Shown here: in pieces, positions 18,435 through 29,068 of the stretch
Numbering within the stretch: the first letter of the stretch is position 1
How the letters are laid out: each line of letters begins with the position of its first letter
Assembly: GCA_965116725.1 (NCBI GenBank)
Contig: OZ220700.1
Coordinates: 273,837-337,836 of the forward strand
Direction: 5' to 3'
DNA length: 64,000 nucleotides
From: Thermodesulfobacteriota bacterium
GTDB taxonomy: Bacteria > Desulfobacterota_D > UBA1144 > Nemesobacterales > Nemesobacteraceae
Notes under the pieces: generated by a model
The model's database searches: none
Told to the model about the DNA's origin: nothing
Seen by the model: only the letters and a program-made list of their open reading frames with translations
Translations under genes and position numbers: made by a program

Positions 18435-19814
18435 ATGAGCCTTGAAACAATAAAAGTTGCCATAGTCGGATCGGGACCCGCAGCTTTCTACGCAGCCGAC
18501 CACCTGCAGAAGAAACTCGGCGACCGCGTCTTCGTAGACATGTTCGAAAAACTCGCGACTCCCCACGGTCTCGTGAGAAGCGGGGTAGCTCCGGACCACC
18601 AGAAGATAAAAAGCGTAGCCAGAATTTATGATAAAATCGCATCCAACCCTCAATTCAGGTTTTTTGGACTTGTAGAGTTCGGAAAACACTTAACGCTTGA
18701 GGACCTGCGCAGTCGTTACCACCAAATAGTTTTCGCAACGGGGGCCCAGACCGACAGAAAAATGGGAATACCGGGAGAGGGCATAATCGGAAGCCATACG
18801 GCAACGGAGTTTGTAGGCTGGTACAACGCCCACCCGGATCACATGGGCCTTGGCTTTGACTTTTCGGGAAAAAGAGTCGTCATAGTCGGAGTCGGGAACG
18901 TCGCGGTGGATGTTGCGAGAATTCTCTCCCTCACAAGAAGCGAAATGGAAAAAACGGATATCGCAGACTACGCACTTGAGGAACTGGCCAAAAGCGGAAT
19001 AAGGGAAATACACATGCTTGGAAGAAGAGGCCCCGCGCAGGCAGCCTTCACTAACCCAGAGCTGCGGGAACTTGAGAATCTTGAGGATGCGGATCTCCTT
19101 ACCCTGGCGGACGAAGCGGAGCCCGATTCCCTTACGCTCGAGGAGCTTGAGCGTAAACCGGACAGGACAGCCCAGACGAAAATAGAGCTTATAAAAAAAG
19201 CTTCCGAAAGGGTTCCCTCCAAATCAAAGAAAATAGTTATAAGATTCTTGGTTTCTCCGATAGAAATAATTGCCGGAGAAGACAACAGGGTAAAAAGTGT
19301 GAAAATCGTGAAAAACAGGCTTTACAAATCCGATGACGGCTCCCTTCGACCCAAACCCACGGACGAGACCGAAGAGATTCCCACCGATCTGGTTTTTCGC
19401 TCCGTCGGGTACCGGGGAATACCTCTTCGGGACGTACCGTTTGATGACAGTTCGGGGGTAATCCCCAGCGAAAAAGGAAGAGTGCTTGACAAAACGGGCG
19501 GCAATCCGATTACGGGACTCTACACCACAGGGTGGATAAAACGCGGACCGACCGGAGTTATCGGTACGAACAAGGCCGACTCTGGCGAAACCGTAAGCTG
19601 CATGGTCGAGGACATCGAGAGGGGAAATACGCTGCGTCCCGAACTCACTTCGGATGAGAGCATAAAGGAACTGCTCGAAGAAAAACATATTTCCTATAAT
19701 GAATGGCTGCGGGTTGACTGGTTTGAGAAGAAAGAAGGCGAAAAACAGGGAAGGCCGAGAGTGAAGGTCTCGGGGCTTGAAGAAATTCTCGAAATTCTTG
19801 AAAAAAAGCACTGA
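18435..19814 (+). CDS. Ferredoxin/adrenodoxin-NADP+ reductase (FprA type)
   Basis: VGSGPAAFY, GLVRSGVAPDH, FVGWYNAHPD, GVGNVAVDVAR and GWIKRGPTGVIGTN. Confidence 0.92.
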   Translation: MSLETIKVAIVGSGPAAFYAADHLQKKLGDRVFVDMFEKLATPHGLVRSGVAPDHQKIKSVARIYDKIASNPQFRFFGLVEFGKHLTLEDLRSRYHQIVFATGAQTDRKMGIPGEGIIGSHTATEFVGWYNAHPDHMGLGFDFSGKRVVIVGVGNVAVDVARILSLTRSEMEKTDIADYALEELAKSGIREIHMLGRRGPAQAAFTNPELRELENLEDADLLTLADEAEPDSLTLEELERKPDRTAQTKIELIKKASERVPSKSKKIVIRFLVSPIEIIAGEDNRVKSVKIVKNRLYKSDDGSLRPKPTDETEEIPTDLVFRSVGYRGIPLRDVPFDDSSGVIPSEKGRVLDKTGGNPITGLYTTGWIKRGPTGVIGTNKADSGETVSCMVEDIERGNTLRPELTSDESIKELLEEKHISYNEWLRVDWFEKKEGEKQGRPRVKVSGLEEILEILEKKH

Positions 19815-19836
19815 AGAGGGCGGTCTTTCCCTCTTC
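19813..19836. terminator. Hairpin between convergent genes
   Basis: Perfect 8-bp stem GAAGAGGG/CCCTCTTC; no U tract. Confidence 0.35.
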
Positions 19837-19880
19837 GACAGCATATGCTTGTTTGAACTTGGGTTCCGGTAAACCGAAAG

Positions 19881-21893
19881 CTATGTCGGACTCACGCGTA
19901 TCCTTCTTCTAAGAGGATCGATCCCCCAGATTGAGAGGGAAAGCTCACTTCCTATATCAAAAACCCTGCCGCCTGAGTTAGAAAGTGGAAGTTCGATCAA
20001 AAACTCCGGAATATAGACGTTAAACCCGCCATATCCCCTGGAACTTACGTAGCCGGTCGCCCCTTTTATATCCTTTTCCAGAAGATAACGTATAAGCCAG
20101 TACCTGTGTCTGCCTCTCTGCGCGTTTTTTATTTCCCTAGTGGCAAGACTCACATGCGTGTTTGTAGCTTCAAGCTCGCTTTCTGAGTAGCAAATCCTCT
20201 GTTCCTCAAGCCAGGATATAAGCTGACGCTGCATAAGAAGGTCTGTGTACCTTCTTATTGGAGAAGTCATCTGCACGTAGCAGGAAACTCCCAGGGACTT
20301 ATGGACTTCGGGAGCAAAGGCAACAAAAGAAGGTTTTAGGTGCTTTGCTACCTTTACGGGGAAAAGGACGGCTTCGGGATCAAGTTCCCTGGCTTCAGGC
20401 TCAATATCATGAGTCTGAGAACGGAAGAGTGCCGGAATTCCGTTTTTATCGAAAAAATCTGCCGAAAGCCGGTTCATAAGTATCATGCATTCGGAAACGA
20501 CATTGTGGGCGAGAGAATCCATGTAATCTTTGCTGACTGAAATTCCATCTTGGTCTCCAACCCTGATCTTGAGTTCCGGAAGCTGCACTATAAAGGCTCC
20601 CTTGTTGATTCTCTCTCCCTTGAGTGAACCAGTGAGAGACACAAGGAATTCTCCCCATTGTGTGTTGCGCAACATCTCAGTCGCTTCGGCGTAGGTAAGA
20701 TTCTTCGAAATCCTTATGACCGTCGCTTCAAAGCGATAATCGATCAAAGTAAGGTCCTCTCTTTTAAAAGTGGCGAAAAGAGAAAGCGCAGGTCGGAGGT
20801 CGCCGGCAGTAAGGCTGAGTTTCTTGTTCACAAGATCCCGGGGAAACATATCCACGCGTCCCTCAGGGAAATAAACCGTCTCAGCGCGATCAAGGGCTCC
20901 CTGATCAATAAAACTTCCCCTGCTCACAACATGGGCGACATTCGAAATGTGGACTCCCAGAGTGATCTGATCCCCGTGCGTTTCAAGCGAAATGGCGTCA
21001 TCAATGTCTTGGGTTGTCTCACTATCAACTGAAAAAACTTCAAGATCCGTTCTGTCGGTAAGGTTTGCAAAGTTTTCCCCAGCGCTCAAAATGGCTTCTA
21101 CCTCTTCAAGCGCTCTTTGGGAGTGTCTGAAATGAAAAGCGATTTTTTTCGATTCCGGGTCATCGTCTTTCTTCCAGAAGCCCGTTTTTATAAGAAATTC
21201 AACCGCCGATTCTACTTCCTTAAGTCCCGCTTCATAAAGAAAACCCTTGGCTTCCTTAGCCCGTTCATAACCGTCAAGATCAATAACGTACCGCTCGATG
21301 AGTTCAAGAAACTCGCCGTGGGTCTCATCAACCACCGGAGGAGTTTCTCCACTTATCACAGAACGCACCCAGCTTACGGCGGCCTGCGCTTTTTGTTCTC
21401 TTTCTTCTCTGAGTTCAAGGATACGAAGTGTCTTGGAAACGTCCTCCCGCGAGCGAACGAGATAGCCATTTTCGCCTCTTGCAAGGTAGACAGTGTTTTT
21501 ATCCACGGCCCAGAAAAGCAGAAACCTCTGCTCTAAAGAAACTTGCTCTGCCCCCGAATACAGCTCCAGTATCTCCTCAAAGCTCACGGTTTCCTGCTCT
21601 TCCACAACACACTGCCACAGCGTTTCCACATCAACGGAGTCTTTTTTCTCCTCAAGTTCTCTTCTCCATTTTCTCATTTCGAGCTTCCTCTCAGAGTCGG
21701 TGAGGGTTTCGGGAACGGTTATTCCCGTGAGCAGCACGACTTTCTTCGGTTCAACCGAGTAACGCTTCCCATCTTCTGAGAAAACGGAGAGTTTGTCGGG
21801 ATGGGCGTAGAGGACCACTCCCAGGGCAGGCTCCCTTCTTTTTCTGTAGGCAACAAGTTCGTTTATACTGGGGAGATTCATCGAATGGAGCAA
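19881..21893 (-). CDS. RNB-domain exoribonuclease (RNase II family)
   Basis: SVDSETTQDIDDAIS catalytic motif and HKSLG..Y.QMTSPIRRY.DL. Alternative start ATG 21881. Confidence 0.9.
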   Translation of the reverse strand: MLHSMNLPSINELVAYRKRREPALGVVLYAHPDKLSVFSEDGKRYSVEPKKVVLLTGITVPETLTDSERKLEMRKWRRELEEKKDSVDVETLWQCVVEEQETVSFEEILELYSGAEQVSLEQRFLLFWAVDKNTVYLARGENGYLVRSREDVSKTLRILELREEREQKAQAAVSWVRSVISGETPPVVDETHGEFLELIERYVIDLDGYERAKEAKGFLYEAGLKEVESAVEFLIKTGFWKKDDDPESKKIAFHFRHSQRALEEVEAILSAGENFANLTDRTDLEVFSVDSETTQDIDDAISLETHGDQITLGVHISNVAHVVSRGSFIDQGALDRAETVYFPEGRVDMFPRDLVNKKLSLTAGDLRPALSLFATFKREDLTLIDYRFEATVIRISKNLTYAEATEMLRNTQWGEFLVSLTGSLKGERINKGAFIVQLPELKIRVGDQDGISVSKDYMDSLAHNVVSECMILMNRLSADFFDKNGIPALFRSQTHDIEPEARELDPEAVLFPVKVAKHLKPSFVAFAPEVHKSLGVSCYVQMTSPIRRYTDLLMQRQLISWLEEQRICYSESELEATNTHVSLATREIKNAQRGRHRYWLIRYLLEKDIKGATGYVSSRGYGGFNVYIPEFLIELPLSNSGGRVFDIGSELSLSIWGIDPLRRRIRVSPT

Positions 21894-21898
21894 TTCGA

Positions 21899-23512
21899 TC
21901 AGGTAAGAGAATCCTTGTAGCGAAGCGCCCCTCTTATGAAATCTCTGAAAAGCGGGTGGGCACTGAGCGGCTTTGACTTGAATTCAGGGTGGAACTGACA
22001 GCCGACAAACCAAGGATGATCCTTAAGTTCCATGATTTCAACCAGATTTCCATCCGGCGAGAGGCCGCAAAGAACCATTCCATTTGACTCAAGAATTTCC
22101 CTGTAACCGTTGTTCACTTCAAACCGGTGTCGGTGTCTTTCGGAGATCTCAGAAGTTTCGTAGATGCTGCTAGCCAAGGTCTCGGGCTTTATGACGCAGG
22201 GGTAAGCCCCAAGTCTCATTGTCCCGCCCATTTCACTTATGTTCTTTTGCGATTCCATTATGTCTATAACCGGGTTCTGGGTATCGCCGTTGTTCTCGGT
22301 CGTATCCGCGTCATCTATGCCGCACACGTTCCTTGAGAATTCAATAACGGCAAGCTGCATGCCGTAGCAAATTCCGAAAAAGGGAATCTGATTCTCCCTT
22401 GCGTATTTTGTGGCGTCTACTTTGCCGTCAATCCCCCTCTCCCCGAATCCTCCAGGGACAAGTATCCCGTGAACATCGGAGAAATAGTTGTCCGGAGACA
22501 TGCCGTCCATTTTTTCTGAATTCACGTATTTTATTTCAACGGTTGAGTCGTTGGCTAAACCACCGTGGTAAAGGGCCTCGTGGAGGCTCTTGTAAGCGTC
22601 TCCGTGTGAAACATATTTTCCGACAACGGCTATGCGCACCGTTTCTTTCATGTTCTTTACCCTTTTAATGAGTTCCTCCCACTCCCCCATGTCTGGTTTC
22701 TTGGTCCACATGCCAAGATATTCAATGATTATCTCGGCCAATCCCTCTTTCTTATACATAAGCGGAACTTCATATATGTGCTCAACATCCTTGGCCGTAA
22801 TCACGGCTTTTCGCTCGACGTTACAGAAAAGGGCTATTTTTCTTTTAACATCTTCGGGAAGGAACTTATCCTCGGTGCGGCACAGGAGTATGTCGGGCTG
22901 AATTCCTATCTGGAGAAGTTCCTTTACGCTGTGCTGCGTAGGTTTTGTTTTCAATTCTCCGGCCGCGGCGACATAGGGAACGTATGTAAGATGTATGAAA
23001 AGCGTGTTCTGCTTGCCGAGATCCGACCTCAACTGCCTTACCGCCTCAAGAAAAGGAAGACTCTCTATGTCTCCCACGGTACCGCCGATCTCGACTATGA
23101 TGACGTCGTTGTCATCCTCAAGGGCAAGCACGCGGGACTTTATCTCATCAGTTATATGAGGGATTACCTGGACTGTTTTGCCGAGGAATTTCCCCTCTCT
23201 TTCCTTGGAGATAACGGAATCGTAGACCTTGCCGCTTGTGAGATTGTTTTTCTTGCCAAGCTGAGCTTTGGTAAATCTTTCGTAATGGCCGAGATCAAGA
23301 TCTGTTTCCGCTCCGTCATCGGTAACAAAAACCTCCCCATGCTCAAAAGGGTTCATCGTGCCCGGATCGACGTTTATGTAGGGATCAAGCTTCTGAAGGG
23401 TGACTCGAAGACCACAACATTCAAGAAGGAATCCTATTGAGGAAGCGGAGATACCCTTTCCCAGGGAAGACATAACTCCGCCGGTAACAAAAATAAACTT
23501 TGCGCTTTTCAC
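21899..23512 (-). CDS. pyrG: CTP synthase
   Basis: [31 protein letters not shown] and QFHPEF. Confidence 0.98.
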   Translation of the reverse strand: MKSAKFIFVTGGVMSSLGKGISASSIGFLLECCGLRVTLQKLDPYINVDPGTMNPFEHGEVFVTDDGAETDLDLGHYERFTKAQLGKKNNLTSGKVYDSVISKEREGKFLGKTVQVIPHITDEIKSRVLALEDDNDVIIVEIGGTVGDIESLPFLEAVRQLRSDLGKQNTLFIHLTYVPYVAAAGELKTKPTQHSVKELLQIGIQPDILLCRTEDKFLPEDVKRKIALFCNVERKAVITAKDVEHIYEVPLMYKKEGLAEIIIEYLGMWTKKPDMGEWEELIKRVKNMKETVRIAVVGKYVSHGDAYKSLHEALYHGGLANDSTVEIKYVNSEKMDGMSPDNYFSDVHGILVPGGFGERGIDGKVDATKYARENQIPFFGICYGMQLAVIEFSRNVCGIDDADTTENNGDTQNPVIDIMESQKNISEMGGTMRLGAYPCVIKPETLASSIYETSEISERHRHRFEVNNGYREILESNGMVLCGLSPDGNLVEIMELKDHPWFVGCQFHPEFKSKPLSAHPLFRDFIRGALRYKDSLT

Positions 23513-23722
23513 GCAGAAACCCCTTTATCAAGTTAAAGCAGCCGCAATAAACAAAGGTCGGAATCTAAATATATTCAATTGGAAAGCAGCTTACAATTAA
23601 AAACGAAAATTTCACATAATCTGGCAAGACAAAATTGGGGAAATTCTTATACTCCATAGACCATCTAAGCCTTCAGAAAGTAAAGACAGATACGAAAAAA
23701 CAAAGGCAGTTTGTTAAAACAC

Positions 23723-24316
23723 CTATTTAAAATTCGAAAAATATGACAGAAGCTTTTCTGAGGCAACAGCCCTGTGACTTATTCTGTTTTTTATGTCGGG
23801 GCCGAGTTCAGCCATGGTCTTTCCGTATTGAGAAACATAGAAAACCGGGTCATAACCAAAGCCGCTCTGGCCTCTTTTCTCCTGAATAATCTGTCCGTGG
23901 CACTCACCTTCAAAAAATTCCTGTGTACCATCCGCAAGAACTAAAGCAATACAGCAGACAAATCTTGCATTTCTGTTTTTCTCTCCTTTAAGTTCAGAGA
24001 GCAGCTTCTCGTTATTCTCATTATCCGAGGACCTCTCCCCGGCGTACCTTGCCGAATAAATCCCCGGAGCTCCCCCAAGAGCGTCTACAACCAAGCCTGA
24101 GTCATCCCCAATAGCATCCATCCCAAGAAAATCAGAGGTTGTTTTCGCCTTGATAAAAGCGTTTTCCCTGAAAGAAAGACCCGTTTCCTTTATCTCGGGA
24201 ACCTCTTCAAAATCCGCCAGAGAAAGGATCTCATCGTAGCCGTCAGCAAGAATTGATCTGAATTCTCTCAGCTTTCCCTTGTTTCTTGTGGCAATTACAA
24301 TGGTTTTGCGTTTCAT
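23723..24316 (-). CDS. rdgB: Non-canonical purine NTP pyrophosphatase (RdgB/HAM1)
   Basis: ATRNKGK, DDSGL, GAPGIYSARY, GFGYDP and KNRISHR. Confidence 0.96.
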   Translation of the reverse strand: MKRKTIVIATRNKGKLREFRSILADGYDEILSLADFEEVPEIKETGLSFRENAFIKAKTTSDFLGMDAIGDDSGLVVDALGGAPGIYSARYAGERSSDNENNEKLLSELKGEKNRNARFVCCIALVLADGTQEFFEGECHGQIIQEKRGQSGFGYDPVFYVSQYGKTMAELGPDIKNRISHRAVASEKLLSYFSNFK

Positions 24317-24639
24317 CGTTTCACAAATTTACAGAAACCATATCTAAAAAGGTAGACATAATACTTATAGATAAGTATGACGACAATTTTTAAAACTGGG
24401 AATCACATAAAAGGTCATCCAGACACTCTGTGACCCGACGCACAAATTGGGGTAGATTAGCAGTCCACCCCTCAGAGATTCCAAGAGTCTTCCCCAGAAA
24501 GCACCTGTTTTTAACATCCGGGAAAACCGTTACGTAACTCCCTGTGATAATTAGCAATCAGCAACTTTCGGATAATTAAGCACATAGTCTTCCATCTTGA
24601 TTGCAGTGCTATAGTCAGATAGATTGCTGCCAGGGAAGA

Positions 24640-24999
24640 ATGGTCATTCAAAACAATCAAGTCAGGTTGCAGGCCGATCATATCAAGGGGGGCTTGGTAA
24701 TAAGTGCAGCCGGTCAAGTTCATGGCGTGAACGCGCGGCAATTCCACGATAACCTGTACAATGAAATTATTGTCTCTGGCAATTTTGTAGTTCTGGATCT
24801 TGAAAAGCTGTCCTACATCAATAGTGCGGGATTGCGTTCAATTCTGATTGTTGCAAAAACACTCCAAGGTAAAAATACAAGATTCGCATTGTGCTCCTTG
24901 TCTGATTCCGTGAAAGAGGTCTTCAAGATCGCAGGTTTTGACAAAATCATTGAGGTATTCGAATCTCGTTCTGATGCTATAGCTACAATAACAGATTAA
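24640..24999 (+). CDS. STAS-domain anti-sigma factor antagonist
   Basis: VVLDLEKLSYINSAGLR and VKEVFKIAGF; AT-rich codons. Confidence 0.88.
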   Translation: MVIQNNQVRLQADHIKGGLVISAAGQVHGVNARQFHDNLYNEIIVSGNFVVLDLEKLSYINSAGLRSILIVAKTLQGKNTRFALCSLSDSVKEVFKIAGFDKIIEVFESRSDAIATITD

Positions 25000-25138
25000 A
25001 ACGACGCATTACGAAGAAGCAGTCGCCAAATCCTCAGAGTTTAGAGGCATATACCATGTCTGCGTGTGGGATATAAAGGGGCTTAATCTTTATTTATTTC
25101 CTAAGAATTTCTTTACTTTGAGGTAGTTATAGAAATAG

Positions 25139-25491
<353 letters not shown>

Positions 25492-25500
25492 GTGTCTAAG

Positions 25501-25956
25501 TTATGAACGTTTCAAAGATCGTCTAACGGCTTTCTGCATATCCCTTTGGGCCTCGCGACGCTTGATATCCTCTCTTTTATCTCTCGTCTTCTTACCTTTG
25601 GCAAGGGCCAGTTCGAGTTTTGCAATGCCGTTTTTAAAATAAATCCTTAGAGGAACTAGAGTGTACCCTCTAATGCTAGTTTTTCCAATCAGCTTTCTTA
25701 TCTCGTGGGAGTTCAGCAGAAGCTTTCTCTCCCTAGTCGGTTCATGGTTAAGCCCGCTGGCGGCATCATAAGGGGCTATGTAGCAGTTAACAAGCCTGGC
25801 TTCACCCTCCCTTATTAGAGCAAAGCTTTCCTTGACGCTGGCGTTTCCGTTTCTAAGGGATTTAACCTCGGAGCCCTTGAGGATCAGACCCGCTTCGTAC
25901 TTCTCCTCAAATATATAATCCCTGTGAGCGGTAGGGTGATTGCATACGGTCTTCAT
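25501..25956 (-). CDS. smpB: SsrA-binding protein
   Basis: EAGLILKGSEVKSLR, RERKLLL and GKK..DKRE.IK. Confidence 0.97.
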   Translation of the reverse strand: MKTVCNHPTAHRDYIFEEKYEAGLILKGSEVKSLRNGNASVKESFALIREGEARLVNCYIAPYDAASGLNHEPTRERKLLLNSHEIRKLIGKTSIRGYTLVPLRIYFKNGIAKLELALAKGKKTRDKREDIKRREAQRDMQKAVRRSLKRS

Positions 25957-26000
25957 CTATCCTAATAATAATCCGCCGCAACAAAATAACCAGTATGAAC

Positions 26001-26450
26001 TCAGAAATCCTTGGAACTGTCAATAAGAAGCGTGACTGGACCGTTGTTCACTATATGAACATCCATGTGAGCCCCAAAAACCCCGGCTTTCACCGGGATT
26101 CCACGCTCTGTAAGCTTGGCAATGAAAAGTTCGTAAAGCCTTTTCGCTAAATCTCCACCAGCGGCCCGAGTGTAAGAAGGCCTTCTGCCTTTCCTGCAAT
26201 CACCGTAGAGAGTAAACTGGGATACGGCCAAGATTTCTCCCCCTGTATCCTCGATACTGAGATCCATTCTGCCCGAGGAGTCGTCAAATATCCTGAGGCC
26301 CGATATCTTCTCCGCCACATAGGCAACATCTTTTTCCGAATCATCTTTCTCAACCCCGAGAAGAACCGCCATTCCCGGGCCTATGCTGCCGACCACGTTC
26401 CCGTCAACACTGACTGACGCCTCGGTTACCCTCTGTATAACAGCTCTCAT
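26001..26450 (-). CDS. dtd: D-aminoacyl-tRNA deacylase
   Basis: [22 protein letters not shown] and NNGPVT. Confidence 0.97.
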   Translation of the reverse strand: MRAVIQRVTEASVSVDGNVVGSIGPGMAVLLGVEKDDSEKDVAYVAEKISGLRIFDDSSGRMDLSIEDTGGEILAVSQFTLYGDCRKGRRPSYTRAAGGDLAKRLYELFIAKLTERGIPVKAGVFGAHMDVHIVNNGPVTLLIDSSKDF

Positions 26451-26486
26451 TTGCGGATTCTACTAAGACGAGCTAGCAAAGACAAA

Positions 26487-27575
26487 TCATACGTAACGCC
26501 TCGGAACCCTGGGCGAAATTCTCGATAAAATTTCGTAGGATATGGTTTCGGCCCAGGAAGAAACATCCTCAACGCTTACAAGCCCATCTCCGAAAAGCAC
26601 AACCTCATCTCCAACACAGACACCCGGAATGTCCGTTACATCGACCATGATAAAATCCATGCAGACAGACCCTATAAGCGGAGCAAGTCTTCCGCCTATG
26701 GAAACCTTCGCCCTGTTTGAAAGCGCTCTGGGGTAGCCGTCCGCATACCCAATCGGAAGGGTAGCGACCAGTGTTTCTCTGCTGGTAACGAAAGTTCCTC
26801 CGTAACTGACCGGGGTGCCTGGGGGAACTTCTCTGATCTGCACTATCCTTGTTTTGAGTTTCATAACGGGCCTTAAGCCAACTTCCCCCATGTCGCCTGA
26901 ACCGTAAAGCATTATCCCGGGTCTTACGATATCCATGTGAGAATCCGGAAATCTCTGAATGGATGCACTGTTTGCGGAATGGGCGTAGCGGTATTTAACG
27001 TCCAGTTCACCAAGAAATAAAAGGCCCTCGCGGAAAACCCCTAGCTGATAATCCGTATAGTCGCTCTGGGGAATCTCAGAAGAGGCCAAATGGGTAAAAA
27101 CGCCCTCAAGCGTCACTGCGGGGAGGGAAACCGCCGAGGCAAAGAAAGATTCCATATCGCCCACCCCCACTCCAAGCCTGGTCATCCCCGTATCGACTTT
27201 CAAGTGATAACGGGCTGTTTTTCCGCGCTCAACGGCGGCCTCAGAGAAAATCTCTAGCATTTCAAGGGAATAGCAGGCGGGAGTTAATGCGTTTTCTAGA
27301 ACCACACCGGCTTCCCGAGGGTCAGTCCCCCCCAGAAGAAATATCTCGCTTGTTATTCCGGCCCCCCTGAGTTCCATTGCCTCAGGCACTGTAGCCACTC
27401 CAAGCATGTCGGCTCCATGAGCAAGCGCGACTTCGCTTACCCTTGCCGCACCGTGTCCGTAAGCGTCGGCTTTGACAATCGCCATGATACGGACATTCTC
27501 CCCCACAATTCTTCTTACCTCGCCAAGATTTGACTTAAAAGAATCGAGACTGATTTCAGCCCAAGTAGGTCTCAT
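26487..27575 (-). CDS. alr: Alanine racemase
   Basis: VKADAYGHG, KVDTGMTRLG and IGYADG. Confidence 0.97.
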   Translation of the reverse strand: MRPTWAEISLDSFKSNLGEVRRIVGENVRIMAIVKADAYGHGAARVSEVALAHGADMLGVATVPEAMELRGAGITSEIFLLGGTDPREAGVVLENALTPACYSLEMLEIFSEAAVERGKTARYHLKVDTGMTRLGVGVGDMESFFASAVSLPAVTLEGVFTHLASSEIPQSDYTDYQLGVFREGLLFLGELDVKYRYAHSANSASIQRFPDSHMDIVRPGIMLYGSGDMGEVGLRPVMKLKTRIVQIREVPPGTPVSYGGTFVTSRETLVATLPIGYADGYPRALSNRAKVSIGGRLAPLIGSVCMDFIMVDVTDIPGVCVGDEVVLFGDGLVSVEDVSSWAETISYEILSRISPRVPRRYV

Positions 27576-27902
27576 CGTCTGGAAATTTCTCCAAAAGCTG
27601 AGGGAGGAAGTTCATTCGAACTACCTGTTTGCCGGTTCCGTATTTCCCCGGGTCAGCTAGAATGGAAATTATACCAGCCCCTGAATCAAGTTTCAGTCCT
27701 ATCTCACACAAAAAATGCAAAAAGACCGACTTACGCCAGAGAATTGCCGGAGGACCTGACCGCCGTTTTTCACAGTACGCAGCGGATATCCGGGGGCTTG
27801 CATTTCTAGGAGGAACATCGTGCCTGGATACCTCGTGCAAGAACCAACTGGGATTCTTTGACTTTCCGGATACAAGCAGGAGAATCAAATACGGTCAGGA
27901 CT

Positions 27903-28805
27903 CTACCAAAGTCCAATTCTGATTCCGCCGCCGACGTAATGTCCTCCGAACTCGCCCTCTACAAAGTGGTTGGTTACTTCCTGCTTGAGTCTCGTACCTT
28001 TTAAAGAGGCTAGGTAGCGGTAATCCAGACTTAAGATTATATCCGGACCATTGCCGTCTCCGCTGATTTTATAGCCTAACCCGGCACCGACTTGATAAAC
28101 AAAAAAGCAATCGCCCGCATCAACAAGCAGATCGCCCGCAGAGCTCATTTCGCTTGCCATCTCGGCCGCCCCCAATCCGCCTCCTATATAGGGAACAAGA
28201 TCGCCGCCGAGATCTATATCATAATAGGCGTTCATCATGAGGATCTTTACTGAAGCATCGCCTTCAAGGTTGTTTTCCCCTGCCTCGAGCTGTTCCGCGA
28301 AAACTCCCGGCGTTTCTACGTTTATTTCCCGAAAACCATTTTTGATATATGCGGCCTCAGCCTCAAAACGCAGGCCGTTTCCAAGCGCGTAGCCCAGCAT
28401 TAAACTGAGACTGTATCCTTGGTCATAATCGACAGTAGCCTCCAATGGCCCATACGGGGGAATCGCAGCCTCCCTAGACATACTTCCGCTGTTTAGAATG
28501 CCTAGAGCACCGCGGACCCCTAGGTAAAACCCTTTGTTTCCATCCTCTTGGGCCCAGGACATCTCCCCTACAATTTCGTCGGTGGAAGCAGCATCAGCAC
28601 TTGGCTCCGCCGCAGGCTCCTCCTTGACTTCGGGAGCAGGTTCCTTAATTTCGACATCTTGTTCCATCGTAGACGCCTTTTTCCGGGCATCAGGGGGCAT
28701 ACCTCCTGCAAAAGCCAAGGACATACCAAGCACCATGGAAAACAAGAACGTGAGAAACCAATTTGATAATAGACCAGTCCTGCCAGACCGAAATGATAGT
28801 TCCAT
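27903..28805 (-). CDS. Outer-membrane beta-barrel protein (OmpA/Msp2-like) with an acidic Pro/Ala linker
   Basis: Signal peptide, GFYLG, GLRFEAE, MMNAYYD, PYIGGGLG, YQVGAGLGY and a C-terminal Trp. AAGGAGG RBS. Confidence 0.85.
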   Translation of the reverse strand: MELSFRSGRTGLLSNWFLTFLFSMVLGMSLAFAGGMPPDARKKASTMEQDVEIKEPAPEVKEEPAAEPSADAASTDEIVGEMSWAQEDGNKGFYLGVRGALGILNSGSMSREAAIPPYGPLEATVDYDQGYSLSLMLGYALGNGLRFEAEAAYIKNGFREINVETPGVFAEQLEAGENNLEGDASVKILMMNAYYDIDLGGDLVPYIGGGLGAAEMASEMSSAGDLLVDAGDCFFVYQVGAGLGYKISGDGNGPDIILSLDYRYLASLKGTRLKQEVTNHFVEGEFGGHYVGGGIRIGLW

Positions 28806-28836
28806 CAGAATGTTCCTCCTTACGGTTGTTCCTTTT

Positions 28837-28889
28837 AATACCTAACGGTCAGTACATTAATACTTAACGGTCGGTATAACTTTTGTCAA
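28837..28889 (-). promoter_or_regulatory. Tandem operator-like repeats plus a TTGACA -35 for the OMP gene
   Basis: AATACCTAACGGTCAGTA (28837-54) and AATACTTAACGGTCGGTA (28859-76), 22-bp period. Minus-strand TTGACA at 28889-84. Confidence 0.6.
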
Positions 28890-29068
28890 GAAGAGGCATT
28901 GGGGATGTTCGAGGTTCAGGTTTCCAGAACGAGAGCGGTGGCCCGTATTCGGGCAATCCGACAGTTCGGATTACCCGATTCAGACGGAACGCGCCGCCGA
29001 TTTCCCGCAGAATCGCCAAACCCGACTAACCGCGGACGCAGCAATTCCTTCAAGGTCAATTGCTGTTT
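28889..29068 (+). ncRNA. Candidate rod-shaped ncRNA (6S-like)
   Basis: Nested complementary segments form a long rod with a central bubble, followed by a terminator-like hairpin and a T run. Hand-folded only. Confidence 0.4.

Noticed and set aside
24350-24378. dif-like site (reverse strand ..TAAGTA TTATGTCTACC)
   Set aside because: Only the XerD-like arm resembles consensus. Gene orientation does not flip here, and a terminus 11 kb from the ribosomal superoperon is unlikely.
27556-27922. 110-aa and 97-aa ORFs in the alr-OMP spacer
   Set aside because: They overlap each other and the flanking genes, and have no motifs or convincing RBS.
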